IMG/VR virus record: IMGVR_UViG_3300029998_000036
Span: 1-56,215 of that record
From: a virus
Lineage: Duplodnaviria; Caudoviricetes
DNA: 56,215 bases
Reading direction: 5' to 3' (one strand)
Shown: in pieces, positions 19,560 through 28,840 of the stretch
Numbering within the stretch: position 1 is the first letter of the stretch
Layout of the letters: each line of letters opens with the position of its first letter
The notes under the pieces: generated by a model
The model's input: only the letters and a program-made list of their open reading frames with translations
Told to the model about the DNA's origin: nothing
Databases searched by the model: none
Made by a program: the position numbers and the translations under genes

Positions 19560-20160
19560 ACTATAAGAAGATATATAGTATAAGAGATAATATATTAACT
19601 AATATATATAATAGTATAATATATATATAATAATATATAGTAACTAATAATAATAAATAGAGTATAATAAAGAATAGTAATATATAGTATTATATAATAT
19701 ATATATCCTATAATGAATAGATTCAAGTGTAATGCAGAATAAGAAGAATAGAAGTAAAAGCTGACACGTAAGCTTTGTGGAGTGTCTTACGATTTCTTAT
19801 TGTACGACGAATGCCAATTCGAGTTATTGTGAGCTATTTTAACTTTGTTGAAAATAATTACAATGTGCGCGCTTTAGTGTGCTCTGCGTAGCGACGCACA
19901 CAGCGCGTAACTATATATAGATATATATACTATATAGTATAATATAGTTACTATAATATATATTAATATATATAGTATAATATATAATAGACTATATAAT
20001 ATAATAACTAATAGTAATATAACTATAAGTATCTACGATAATCTATAGTACTCTATATATAGCAGGACACTATTCAATGACACTCCCCCACCCCCAGTAC
20101 AACCATAGGGGGAGCCTTGGATTCAATGAGCATATTCATGCGGGGAGATGTACTCCCATA
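19560..20160. other. Non-coding AT-rich/hairpin region: candidate origin and/or genome terminus
   Basis: No ORFs; TA-rich low-complexity tracts flank two irregular hairpins and a C5/G5 block, at the divergent strand switch. Confidence 0.5.
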
Positions 20161-20364
20161 CGTTAATGTTAAAATTTTATAATATATTTTTTACTACCTG
20201 ATATCGTTAATACCGATAGTAGGTTATTACTCTCATACATCATTAATAAATTTTACTATATATTTTTATTTATTATTTTTGTAATTAATAGATTTTCGAT
20301 TACACTTTCTAAAAAAATATTTTCTAAATTTTTTGGTGTAGAATTTAGGTAATAGGATAAGCAA

Positions 20365-20382
20365 TTAATTTTCGTTATATTT
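20365..20382 (+). promoter_or_regulatory. Early promoter-like motif, copy 3 (TTAATTTTCGTTATATTT)
   Basis: 18 bp identical to 29444-29461; upstream of the rightward early operon. Confidence 0.7.
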
Positions 20383-20439
20383 CGATAACAACAATTATCT
20401 TTTAAACGAAAATTTATTTATTATATACCGGAGGAGGAT

Positions 20440-20640
20440 ATGAAGAAAGTATTGTTTTCTATTTTGGTTATTACAGGTATATTCATGCTTGTATATTTAT
20501 TATTTATTTTCCTAATATTCTTTTTCACGCTAGTATGGCGTACAGATATATTGAATTGGGAAGTTCCTTTGAAATTGATATATCTACTAATATCTAGTTT
20601 GCTAAGCGGTATATCATTAATTGAAGTATATCATTATTAA
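20440..20640 (+). CDS. Small membrane protein (2 TM)
   Basis: Highly hydrophobic; strong GGAGGAGG RBS. Confidence 0.65.
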   Translation: MKKVLFSILVITGIFMLVYLLFIFLIFFFTLVWRTDILNWEVPLKLIYLLISSLLSGISLIEVYHY

Positions 20641-20667
20641 ATTTATTTATTATTAAACGGATTAGTT

Positions 20668-20889
20668 ATGAAAGTTTATATGGTTATAACCCAATCATTC
20701 CCTGATATGGTAGCCGGTTCTATCATTAGAGAAGATGGTCTTGTATTAGGAGTACATTTATCTAGCAATTTAGACTATTTGAAAAGAGATTTATCTCGTA
20801 AAGTAGAACGTGAAGAATACGAGTTAATAGATTGTTTAGATGGCAATACCCCTGAATTTTTAAAGCACTCTATAATTGTAGAAGGTTAG
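20668..20889 (+). CDS. Hypothetical protein
   Basis: ORF in the tightly packed early operon. Confidence 0.6.
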   Translation: MKVYMVITQSFPDMVAGSIIREDGLVLGVHLSSNLDYLKRDLSRKVEREEYELIDCLDGNTPEFLKHSIIVEG

Positions 20890-20891
20890 TT

Positions 20892-21266
20892 ATGAAAGAA
20901 AGTAAAGTAGCATCACAGGTTCAGTATGACAAAGCTATTAGAATATTTAATAAGACAACTGAGAACAGGACAATATATCTATGCAGCGATATAATCAAGT
21001 CATTTGAACAAGATATAGCTATAGACTACGATACAATCAAAAAGTTTAACGATTTATATGAAGGTAATTTTGACAAACCTAAGACTTTAGAGGAAGTATT
21101 CTACAAACATGCTTCAGTATGTTTAGAGGATTTAGATAGTGAAGAATATCCTCCAATGCCTAACGACGCCATGTTGTTTGATGATTTTAGAAAAGCAGTA
21201 GAAGAACATGTTAGATTAATTAGAACTAATCTAGAATATTGCAATTCAGTTGTAGAGGTTAAATAA
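20892..21266 (+). CDS. Hypothetical protein
   Basis: ORF with AAGG RBS. Confidence 0.6.
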   Translation: MKESKVASQVQYDKAIRIFNKTTENRTIYLCSDIIKSFEQDIAIDYDTIKKFNDLYEGNFDKPKTLEEVFYKHASVCLEDLDSEEYPPMPNDAMLFDDFRKAVEEHVRLIRTNLEYCNSVVEVK

Positions 21267-21577
21267 TGAAAGGTTATAAGTTCTATTTAGAGTATCCTAG
21301 TAATAAGGATAAACGTAAAGGTAAAATAAATGACTTAGGCAATCACAGCGGCAATGTATGCGCTATTATATTGGACACGCGTAGATATGGACAAGTAATG
21401 GGACATCCGATAGAGATAACGTACGACGCTATATCGGGATTAACGAATAATCCTAATAGTGAAGTATGTTCCTCTGAAGTATCTCAAAGTTGGTTATCGG
21501 GACGTTGTAAAGATATACAAGAAAGGATAGCTAGAATGATTCATCCGGCGTTGTTTAGGAGACTAGATGGAGAGTAA
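21266..21577 (+). CDS. Hypothetical protein
   Basis: TAATG coupling, GAGG RBS. Confidence 0.6.
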   Translation: MKGYKFYLEYPSNKDKRKGKINDLGNHSGNVCAIILDTRRYGQVMGHPIEITYDAISGLTNNPNSEVCSSEVSQSWLSGRCKDIQERIARMIHPALFRRLDGE

Positions 21578-21752
21578 AATCTATAAACTAGAACTAGAGG
21601 ATACAGAAGGAGTTTATCATGTGATGGGCTTCTTTCCTCATAGTAAAGCAGTCTATTTAGGTAGACGTCAAATGAGAACTCAAGATAATATCGTAGACTA
21701 TCAATTAACATTAAAGGAAAATAATAATGTCACAGAAAGCATTCAGAATTAA
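21567..21752 (+). CDS. Hypothetical protein
   Basis: Short ORF with AGGAG RBS. Confidence 0.55.
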   Translation: MESKIYKLELEDTEGVYHVMGFFPHSKAVYLGRRQMRTQDNIVDYQLTLKENNNVTESIQN

Positions 21753-22038
21753 AGAAATCATATTAGAAGATACTCCTGTATCTTATCTTAGGAGCGATGT
21801 ATTATACACTTTAAACGTCGTAGACGGACTTGACCAATATGGTAATGGAATTGTCGTAATAGTAAAAGAAAACGTCTTAGAATCTATTGAAAAGGCTAAA
21901 GAAGCCAAGATAGATATAGTTAGAGAATCGCGTGGATCGCAGGAATTAAGGAAGCAGATAAAGTTAATAGACGAGCTTCAAGAATTCTTAAAAGCATTCA
22001 AAGAAGATGAGACTGAATACGAATGTATAGTAGGTTAG
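21727..22038 (+). CDS. Hypothetical protein
   Basis: ORF with AAGGA RBS. Confidence 0.6.
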   Translation: MSQKAFRIKEIILEDTPVSYLRSDVLYTLNVVDGLDQYGNGIVVIVKENVLESIEKAKEAKIDIVRESRGSQELRKQIKLIDELQEFLKAFKEDETEYECIVG

Positions 22039-22039
22039 T

Positions 22040-22243
22040 ATGGTTAATCAATTATTAATTACAGCCATAATAATACTAAGTATAACTAATATATTAGTTT
22101 ACGTATTTATGGTAATTACAGATTATAAAATAAGGAACAAAGCAAATGTACACGATGTCAAAAAACGAAATAGCGAACGGAATTCCATTACCTCGCACAT
22201 TAAACGGATTAAAGAATTTAAACCCAAGCACAGAAAATTCTAG
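22040..22243 (+). CDS. Small single-TM protein
   Basis: N-terminal hydrophobic stretch and basic tail; overlaps the next ORF. Confidence 0.4.
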   Translation: MVNQLLITAIIILSITNILVYVFMVITDYKIRNKANVHDVKKRNSERNSITSHIKRIKEFKPKHRKF

Positions 22244-22715
22244 TTATACTAAATCCGAATTAAAAATTCTATTAAAAGATTTTAAGTTATCTCTAGAAAA
22301 CAAAGGATACGATCTATCTACTGTAGCTAATTTAGAAGAATCTTTTTTAGATAGTCTTAAAACTACAAAAATAGAAAATTCTAAACCTACTTTAGACGAA
22401 CGTATTCAAGATTGGGTACATAATAAAAGTAATAAAGCTGATCGTCATAATAAAGGTAAACTACAATGGCACCTAGTCAATATGAAGGCATTAGAACCTC
22501 TCGTTAAGGTCATGGAGTCGGGTGCAATTAAGTATGGAGAGGATAATTGGATGAAAGGCTTAGAACGCAAGGAAATCCTTAATTCAATGCAACGTCATAT
22601 GAACGCTTTAAGAGAAGGAGAATTATTTGATAGTGAATCAGGATTACATCATTGTGGTCATATATTAGCGAATGCAATGTTTCTATCGAATTTTAGTAAA
22701 GAGGAGTGGGAGTAA
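22146..22715 (+). CDS. dATP/dGTP diphosphohydrolase-like (DUF5664) domain protein
   Basis: GKLQWHLV...GAIKYGEDNWMKG...MQRH...DSESGLHHCGH signature. Confidence 0.8.
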   Translation: MYTMSKNEIANGIPLPRTLNGLKNLNPSTENSSYTKSELKILLKDFKLSLENKGYDLSTVANLEESFLDSLKTTKIENSKPTLDERIQDWVHNKSNKADRHNKGKLQWHLVNMKALEPLVKVMESGAIKYGEDNWMKGLERKEILNSMQRHMNALREGELFDSESGLHHCGHILANAMFLSNFSKEEWE

Positions 22716-22973
22716 TGAGTAAATTTTCAGAAAGAATGGGACCATTTATCCCTATGCTAGAGTTTTTATTGTCTGCGTCTAGAAAAAATTATTACAGAAG
22801 TCAAATGTTTCAATGGCGTTATAATATTATACAGGATGATTGGGAATGACATATCCACTATTTGAATCGTTATCAATAGTTATATTGTTCTTACTGTGTA
22901 TAGCGACAATACTTGTATTGATAGTTGGTATAGGCGTACTTATTGGTTTAATAATAAATTGGTGGAGAACAAG

Positions 22974-23417
22974 ATGACATCTCAACAAAAGGGTAAACGT
23001 AACGAAAAGAAAACTAAAGATTATTTTGAGAAAATATATGCGTGTAGAGTTGAAAACACCAAATCATCATCGTCATACCGTAGTGTCGATGGTAAAGTCC
23101 AGTTTAGGCGTACTAATAATGATTTCTTCGGTCTGTGGGATCATGTATGCATTAGTACAACTTATACTTCTATTCCTATTAATGGTCATATAGGGTTAGA
23201 TGGTAAACTAGTGCAGTATAATGACGATACCGTTCCTACTCAAGATGTAGATATTGGGAAAGGTTTGACTTTCTACGCTCAGACAAAAAGCAACGAATTA
23301 CCTAATTACTTTGCTAAAGCGTATCGTCAAGAATTAGTAGACTTTCCAGCTGATATTAAATTATTTATAGTCTGGAAAGATAGAGTTAAGAAACCATTGA
23401 TTTATTTAATCCATTAG
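22974..23417 (+). CDS. PD-(D/E)xK nuclease, Hjc-like Holliday junction resolvase
   Basis: KGKRNE at the N-terminus, DFFGLWD, AQTKS; ATG 22974 follows GGAG. Confidence 0.6.
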   Translation: MTSQQKGKRNEKKTKDYFEKIYACRVENTKSSSSYRSVDGKVQFRRTNNDFFGLWDHVCISTTYTSIPINGHIGLDGKLVQYNDDTVPTQDVDIGKGLTFYAQTKSNELPNYFAKAYRQELVDFPADIKLFIVWKDRVKKPLIYLIH

Positions 23418-23603
23418 AAACGATTTAAGCATGTTAAACTACATAGACGACACTTACTATGAAAAAGTAATTCAACCTTAACCTTGCGCTTATATGCCCC
23501 TATAAAATAGAATTAAAAAGATATAAGCGTTACGATTTGATTACAAGTATGGATTAGGTATTGTTAGCTATCTAGTCCTGTTTATTTTAAAGGAACAAAA
23601 ATA

Positions 23604-23840
23604 ATGATAGTCAAAGAACTTAAACAATATCTAGATAACGTTGATGAAAATATTGACGTAGTTATTGTTAACGAACATCGTAGTATACGTTATACTTCTC
23701 CAATTGACAAAGTAAGAGTAAGAGCATTTAGAGAGGAACCAAAAGCAGGTTATCATGAAATCATACAGTTTGTTATTAGTCCCGACACATCCATAGGTTC
23801 AGAAATTAAATCAACTGATATATGGATTAAATTACATTAA
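23604..23840 (+). CDS. Hypothetical protein
   Basis: MIVKELKQYL..D...V N-terminus common in small phage proteins; AAGGA RBS. Confidence 0.6.
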   Translation: MIVKELKQYLDNVDENIDVVIVNEHRSIRYTSPIDKVRVRAFREEPKAGYHEIIQFVISPDTSIGSEIKSTDIWIKLH

Positions 23841-24467
23841 TAACTATAGGTATCACTATGAAAGAATTACAATTATGTAAGTATAGAAATGAATGGTCTT
23901 TGTATGATCCTAATAGTAGAACTTATTGGTTTACTAATGCAAAGTCTACTTATCAAAGAATAAAAAAACTTAAACAAATTATGAAAGAGGATAGAGGTAA
24001 ATAGTATGACAGAAATGCAAGCACACGTTGTTAATATGCTACAATTACAATCAATATGTTATTGTATCTGTTCATTTGCATTGATTATCATTGCAATAAA
24101 TTCTTTTAATAAAAAGAAGTAATTAGATTTTTTAAATAAATTTGAGAATAAAAAATGAAAATCGAGACAAGATATATAGACACTATTTTAGGATATTCAG
24201 ATGCAAGCGAAAATATTCTTTTTATGTACTTCGACAATAGAAATTTTTTAAAATGCTCCCAAGACCTTAAATTTATCGATGTAAAAACTGGTAAAACCTC
24301 ATATTTTGGAGTAATAGAATGAAAAAGTTAAATCCATTATTCGCGGGTATGCTTCTTATGGCTACATCTGAGGTTTTATCCGAAAAGAAAAAGCGTAAAT
24401 TTAATTGCAAAATACCAAGAGACCCAAATATTACTCGAATACTTAAACAATTAGAAAGAGGTAAATA

Positions 24468-24866
24468 ATGGCTAATCAAACAATGGAAGTATTAAGCTTT
24501 ATAGAATTAACACAATTAGCAACAAAAGAAAATTGGGAATTTACAAATAATATTTTTCCTTTGATAAATAACGTTAAAAAAGTAAACAGCTTAGGAATAG
24601 AAGTCGACGGCAATGTTAGCGATTTTTACTCCCAAAAATTTAAGCCGGAATTAATTCCGGAATTGTTTGAAGGGTGGGTATTTGAACAGCAATGCTTTAT
24701 TAATGGTTTTAACGATATTGCTTTTAATAATAAAACTTATTTAATTAGTGTTAGAAATAGATGTTTGTTTTCTCATTACTATCCCCATACTCTTGACGAT
24801 TTTATAAACGATACTTCTAGAGCCAGTATTAAATTAACTTGGAAAATTAATTTTAAGGAAAATTAA
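24468..24866 (+). CDS. Hypothetical protein
   Basis: ORF with GAGG RBS. Confidence 0.6.
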   Translation: MANQTMEVLSFIELTQLATKENWEFTNNIFPLINNVKKVNSLGIEVDGNVSDFYSQKFKPELIPELFEGWVFEQQCFINGFNDIAFNNKTYLISVRNRCLFSHYYPHTLDDFINDTSRASIKLTWKINFKEN

Positions 24867-25018
24867 AATGCAAATAGTAATAAAAATTATTGACGGAGAA
24901 AATGAATTGTTTACATCAATAAGCGAAGAAACTTACGAACAAATGGCATTAAAAATTGAAAGCCCATTAGATAATATTTATAAAAGTTTAAAAGAATTAT
25001 TTGGGAAGGACTAAAAAT

Positions 25019-25186
25019 ATGAGTTTATCAGTAAAAGAATTAATAAAAGAATTGCAAAAAATTTTAGATTCAAATTCAGACGTACAGGATTACGTAGTAT
25101 GTATGGACTGCGGCGATTATAATTTATTAGAAGCCGATTGTATCTCGATGTCAAATTCACAACAGACTTTAACAATTAATTCATAA
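25019..25186 (+). CDS. Hypothetical protein
   Basis: MSLSVKELIKELQK...; ATG 25019 after AAGGA. Confidence 0.5.
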   Translation: MSLSVKELIKELQKILDSNSDVQDYVVCMDCGDYNLLEADCISMSNSQQTLTINS

Positions 25187-25194
25187 GGTTTAAA

Positions 25195-25455
25195 ATGACA
25201 CCGCAAGAAATAGAAGAAGTATGGCATAAATATTCAATTAGAATCGGTAGCTACCATGCTAAATTTATTAGAAAGATAGATTTTACCAAAGCCGCCAACG
25301 AATTAATACCTAGCGAGATGGATCGGCTTAAAATAGAATTAGCAAATTTGCAAATAGAATTTGAGGATAATGGCTGTAGTTATCAATATTATACGTCTTA
25401 TAAAAAAGATAAAATCAATAGAATTAAAGAATTAGAGGCGAAAAATGAAAGTTAA
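25195..25455 (+). CDS. Hypothetical protein
   Basis: ORF in the small-gene cluster. Confidence 0.55.
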   Translation: MTPQEIEEVWHKYSIRIGSYHAKFIRKIDFTKAANELIPSEMDRLKIELANLQIEFEDNGCSYQYYTSYKKDKINRIKELEAKNES

Positions 25456-25593
25456 AATATGCCATTGTAAGCAGTGCCGATATAGCAAACGTAATAAACG
25501 AACTAACGTTAAAAAGCTATTCAAAAGACTAACTAATAAAAAGCGACGCAAAGATACCGATTTAAAAATTTATTCTTTTATGTGGAGTTAAAA

Positions 25594-25809
25594 ATGAAAA
25601 AGAAAATACTGCAATTAGTAACAAGAATATCAATAGTTTTATTGTCGGTTTTTATTGTATTTTATACGGCATTCTCTATATTTGAATCGAATATTAATAT
25701 TTTTGAATGGAGTGGTAATGGTCAGAAATTACTCCCTATAAATATAATTATTTGGACTTATATTTTAGTTTTAAATACATTTAAGGAATTTAAGAATGAA
25801 AAATTTTAA
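25594..25809 (+). CDS. Small membrane protein (2 TM)
   Basis: Two hydrophobic stretches; ATG after GGAG. Confidence 0.55.
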   Translation: MKKKILQLVTRISIVLLSVFIVFYTAFSIFESNINIFEWSGNGQKLLPINIIIWTYILVLNTFKEFKNEKF

Positions 25810-26191
25810 ATCCTACCTACCCGACAAAAATACAATTGTCGATGTGGTCCAGATGAATTGGCTTAACGGTAAATTGTATTCAATTCATTATTACCATAGA
25901 GGTGAATTTATACCAACTGTTAACTTCCAAATCATGCGCCCTACTGGATTGAATGATAAAAATGGAACGCCAATTTATAGTGATTATTTGCTAAAAGATA
26001 TAAGAAGTGGTATTATATTTCGAGTGTATGATGTCGTTGGAGGGTGCGTTATGAAAGAATCTAAATGGAAAGAAGATATAAAAGATTGGCACGTGGCAGA
26101 TTATTTAGTTTGTCATTCTTTTTCAGATCCGCAATTAATTGCTTATGCGAGTGAATCGTTTGAAATTATCGGAACTATTTACGAGGTGTAA
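25796..26191 (+). CDS. YopX-family protein
   Basis: IMRPTGLNDKNGTPIYSD and C-terminal FEIIGTIYE signatures. Confidence 0.8.
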   Translation: MKNFKSYLPDKNTIVDVVQMNWLNGKLYSIHYYHRGEFIPTVNFQIMRPTGLNDKNGTPIYSDYLLKDIRSGIIFRVYDVVGGCVMKESKWKEDIKDWHVADYLVCHSFSDPQLIAYASESFEIIGTIYEV

Positions 26192-26352
26192 AATGAAAAA
26201 ACTTTATAAATCGCAGACGCAAAGGGAAAGGCGAGAGATAATGAGAATAGTTTTATCTTTTAAAAAACCAAAAAATAAAAAAGATAAAAATCGTTACTTT
26301 ATTTACAAACATCGCATACGGTTTGCAATTAATTACGTAAGGGTAAACAATT

Positions 26353-26718
26353 ATGAAAAATAACGAAAAAGCTTTAAAAATAGCAGTTGCTGAGTGTTGG
26401 CATTCTCAAGGAAGCCATGACGGAATAACCAAATATTCCAAAGAAGTCAATAACAAATGGCAGTTTGTAGAGCAGAGTAAAATTATTGAGTTATTTTCTT
26501 CTTGTAACGGCTTAATGCCAATAATAGAAAGGATAAATAAAGATAACAGCCAAAATAGTATAGAGATATTCGATTATAGTGTTTACTGCCATTGCGAAAA
26601 ATTAACAGTTGTTAATGGTTTTAATTACGTAGATACTTTGCTTATCGAAGCCCTCCAAGACGCAATTTTATTTTATCACGATAATCAATCAATGAATTGT
26701 TCTAATAACAAATCTTGA
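26353..26718 (+). CDS. Hypothetical protein
   Basis: 121-aa ORF converging on the inverted cassette. Confidence 0.55.
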   Translation: MKNNEKALKIAVAECWHSQGSHDGITKYSKEVNNKWQFVEQSKIIELFSSCNGLMPIIERINKDNSQNSIEIFDYSVYCHCEKLTVVNGFNYVDTLLIEALQDAILFYHDNQSMNCSNNKS

Positions 26719-26957
26719 TTTTCTCTAATAAATCTAAGACATCTCTGGAATAAACAATAATTACAATACTCTTCAGCTTTCTGTCTAGTACGATAATAAG
26801 TCTTTGGACTAATATTTAATTTATTGCAAATATCCTCTACAAACAATTTCTCTTTTGATTCAAATGCTAAAAATGAGATAATAGCAGTTCTGACTAATAC
26901 GTTCTTTTGCCCTTGCTTCGTTTCGGTGGCTAATGCCATTAATTGTTCTATATTCAT
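26685..26957 (-). CDS. Helix-turn-helix DNA-binding protein
   Basis: VEDICNKLNISPKTYYR HTH pattern. Confidence 0.7.
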   Translation of the reverse strand: MNIEQLMALATETKQGQKNVLVRTAIISFLAFESKEKLFVEDICNKLNISPKTYYRTRQKAEEYCNYCLFQRCLRFIRENQDLLLEQFID

Positions 26958-26976
26958 ATTGACTTCTCGTATTACA

Positions 26977-27008
26977 CAAATTTAATGTTTATTAATCGTT
27001 TTAACAAG
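26977..27008 (-). promoter_or_regulatory. FCB-type promoter for the HTH gene
   Basis: Minus strand CTTG, 20-bp spacer, TAAATTTG (TAnnTTTG). Confidence 0.45.
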
Positions 27009-27055
27009 CTCTATAACGTTTTTATTGTTATAAGCATAGATTTGTACCAAATAGT

Positions 27056-27088
27056 AAAAAGCCCTCTTAAATCACTTTAAAAGGGCTT
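27056..27088 (-). terminator. Intrinsic terminator
   Basis: AAGCCCT...AGGGCTT stem with a U5 tract on the minus strand, after 27093..27392. Confidence 0.65.
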
Positions 27089-27092
27089 ACGT

Positions 27093-27392
27093 TTAAACGT
27101 TTACGGTACTCATTGCTGCAATAGAACTAGTGCCTCCTATTGCTATACCAACAAATCCTGCAATTGTATCTATTCGCAATACTCCACCTTTACCGTCATT
27201 AGCCGCTGTTCCTGCGGATAATACATAATCATAATTAGTTATTGACGGAGTTGGTATGAATTGTGCGTTTGGACTTACCTTTAGTAAGTATATTGGGAAC
27301 GTCCCTACGTTCTGGAGGAATAACGTATTCCTGCGTCTGTTCGACGTCACTATCAACGTCGGTGTCACTGCTACCGTTATAGGACTGGGCAT
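27093..27392 (-). CDS. Small beta-rich (jelly-roll/spike-base-like) protein
   Basis: SNRRRNTLFLQNVGTFPIYL pattern with alternating beta strands; GGAGG RBS. Confidence 0.5.
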   Translation of the reverse strand: MPSPITVAVTPTLIVTSNRRRNTLFLQNVGTFPIYLLKVSPNAQFIPTPSITNYDYVLSAGTAANDGKGGVLRIDTIAGFVGIAIGGTSSIAAMSTVNV

Positions 27393-27404
27393 TGTATACC
27401 TCCC

Positions 27405-28238
27405 TTATATTACGGTAGACGTTGTAGAAAAAGGGCGCAAATGTTGTAAAATCGTACTTGTTTGCAAAGCGTTATTAGCTTCTAAAGCATTTGTCTGCAT
27501 CAATATAGTATTACTTGTTTTAGCATCATTTAATTGAGCTTGTAAATCAGCAATTCTATTTGATGTAATTAAACCTGTAATATCTTGAGTACTTTGTGCA
27601 ATAGCTCCTTTTATAGCGCAGCAACATTCAGCCATAGCTTGAGCATTAGCAGTACCCTGTGCAATAATCTGGTTAGTAGAGTTTTGCATTTGCATTGCGT
27701 TGCTATTAAAACCTTGCAATGTAGTAGTAGCTAAATTATTAAAACTATTTAATTGTGCTAAAGCATTCTGATTAGCTTGAGCAGTCACGTCTCTACCTAA
27801 ACCATTAATAGAGTTTAACGTTGTAAAGCTACCTGTTGCAATTGCTGTACTTATACCGGCTTGACCAAGTTGCAAATCGCGTGTAGTGCTGTTAATAGTA
27901 TTATTAATATTATTGCCACTATTAGCTAATTGCATTGAAACGCCAGAAATAGCTTCAGTAATATCAGAAGCTGACATAGATGCTTGTAAATTAGAGATCT
28001 GATTTTGCATTGCAGTTAAAGTTGGATTAATAGCAATTTCACTTGCTAAGCCTGAACGAGCTGCTCCACCATCCATACCGTAACCATTACGACCACCAAT
28101 ACCACCGCCAAAGAGACCTCCACCAAGCAGAGCACCAATTAATATACCGCCCAAACCTCCACCCCCTAAAAAACCATCGTTACCGTTACCGCCTGCTATT
28201 AAAGTAGGCATCGTTTGAGTTTGCATTCCTGCTAACAT
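27405..28238 (-). CDS. Gly-rich/coiled-coil protein with CCC motif
   Basis: N-terminal GFLGGGGLGGILIGALLGGGLFGGG, Q/N/A/T-rich helical core, AECCC, C-terminal heptads. Confidence 0.8.
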   Translation of the reverse strand: MLAGMQTQTMPTLIAGGNGNDGFLGGGGLGGILIGALLGGGLFGGGIGGRNGYGMDGGAARSGLASEIAINPTLTAMQNQISNLQASMSASDITEAISGVSMQLANSGNNINNTINSTTRDLQLGQAGISTAIATGSFTTLNSINGLGRDVTAQANQNALAQLNSFNNLATTTLQGFNSNAMQMQNSTNQIIAQGTANAQAMAECCCAIKGAIAQSTQDITGLITSNRIADLQAQLNDAKTSNTILMQTNALEANNALQTSTILQHLRPFSTTSTVI

Positions 28239-28347
28239 AAATCACCTGTTCATAATTTTAATAAAATTGCATTATTGCAAATGCAAATTATTAATCTTAT
28301 AAAAGGTACTTTGAGAAATTGGTTGTCAAAGAACGATACTAATTACG

Positions 28348-28797
28348 TCATTGAACTTTAGACAATATCTCAATCGCCATTTGAGTAGCAGCTATTTTAT
28401 CTTTTAATGAAATTGCAAAATCATGTAATTCTTTATATCTTAAACGTATTTCTTGTTTAGTAAACTCACGTCCCATTTTACGTTCTTGATTATAGATTTG
28501 TATTTTTAATTGCTCATTCATTTCTGGATTACGATGTTGTTTAGATTCTCCATGTTTAATATACCATGTATCTAATTCGCATAATAATCCTTCCTGATAA
28601 TCGTTGCTTAATAATATATTTAATCTTTCCTTTAAGGTAGCAATTGGAAATGCCATAATACTATTAGCGATTATATCTTCTTTTCTAGGATATAGCAAAC
28701 TAGGTGGAGGTTGCAAACTTTCTAAGGTAGGTATGTTATCGAATTGTGATACAGGCGGTTCACCCGCCTGCTCCATCACATTAATATTTGTGTTCAT
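28348..28797 (-). CDS. Hypothetical helical protein
   Basis: 149-aa ORF with AGG RBS in the inverted cassette. Confidence 0.6.
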   Translation of the reverse strand: MNTNINVMEQAGEPPVSQFDNIPTLESLQPPPSLLYPRKEDIIANSIMAFPIATLKERLNILLSNDYQEGLLCELDTWYIKHGESKQHRNPEMNEQLKIQIYNQERKMGREFTKQEIRLRYKELHDFAISLKDKIAATQMAIEILSKVQ

Positions 28798-28840
28798 CTA
28801 TTTACCTGACATAATTCTATAAATGGTTTTATTAGCCAAC

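Noticed and set aside
19560-20060. CRISPR array or tandem repeat
   Set aside because: Low-complexity TA sequence with no constant repeat-spacer period.
28752-28770. GC-rich hairpin CAGGCGG-TTCAC-CCGCCTG as a terminator
   Set aside because: Inside the 5' part of a CDS with no U tract; function unsupported.
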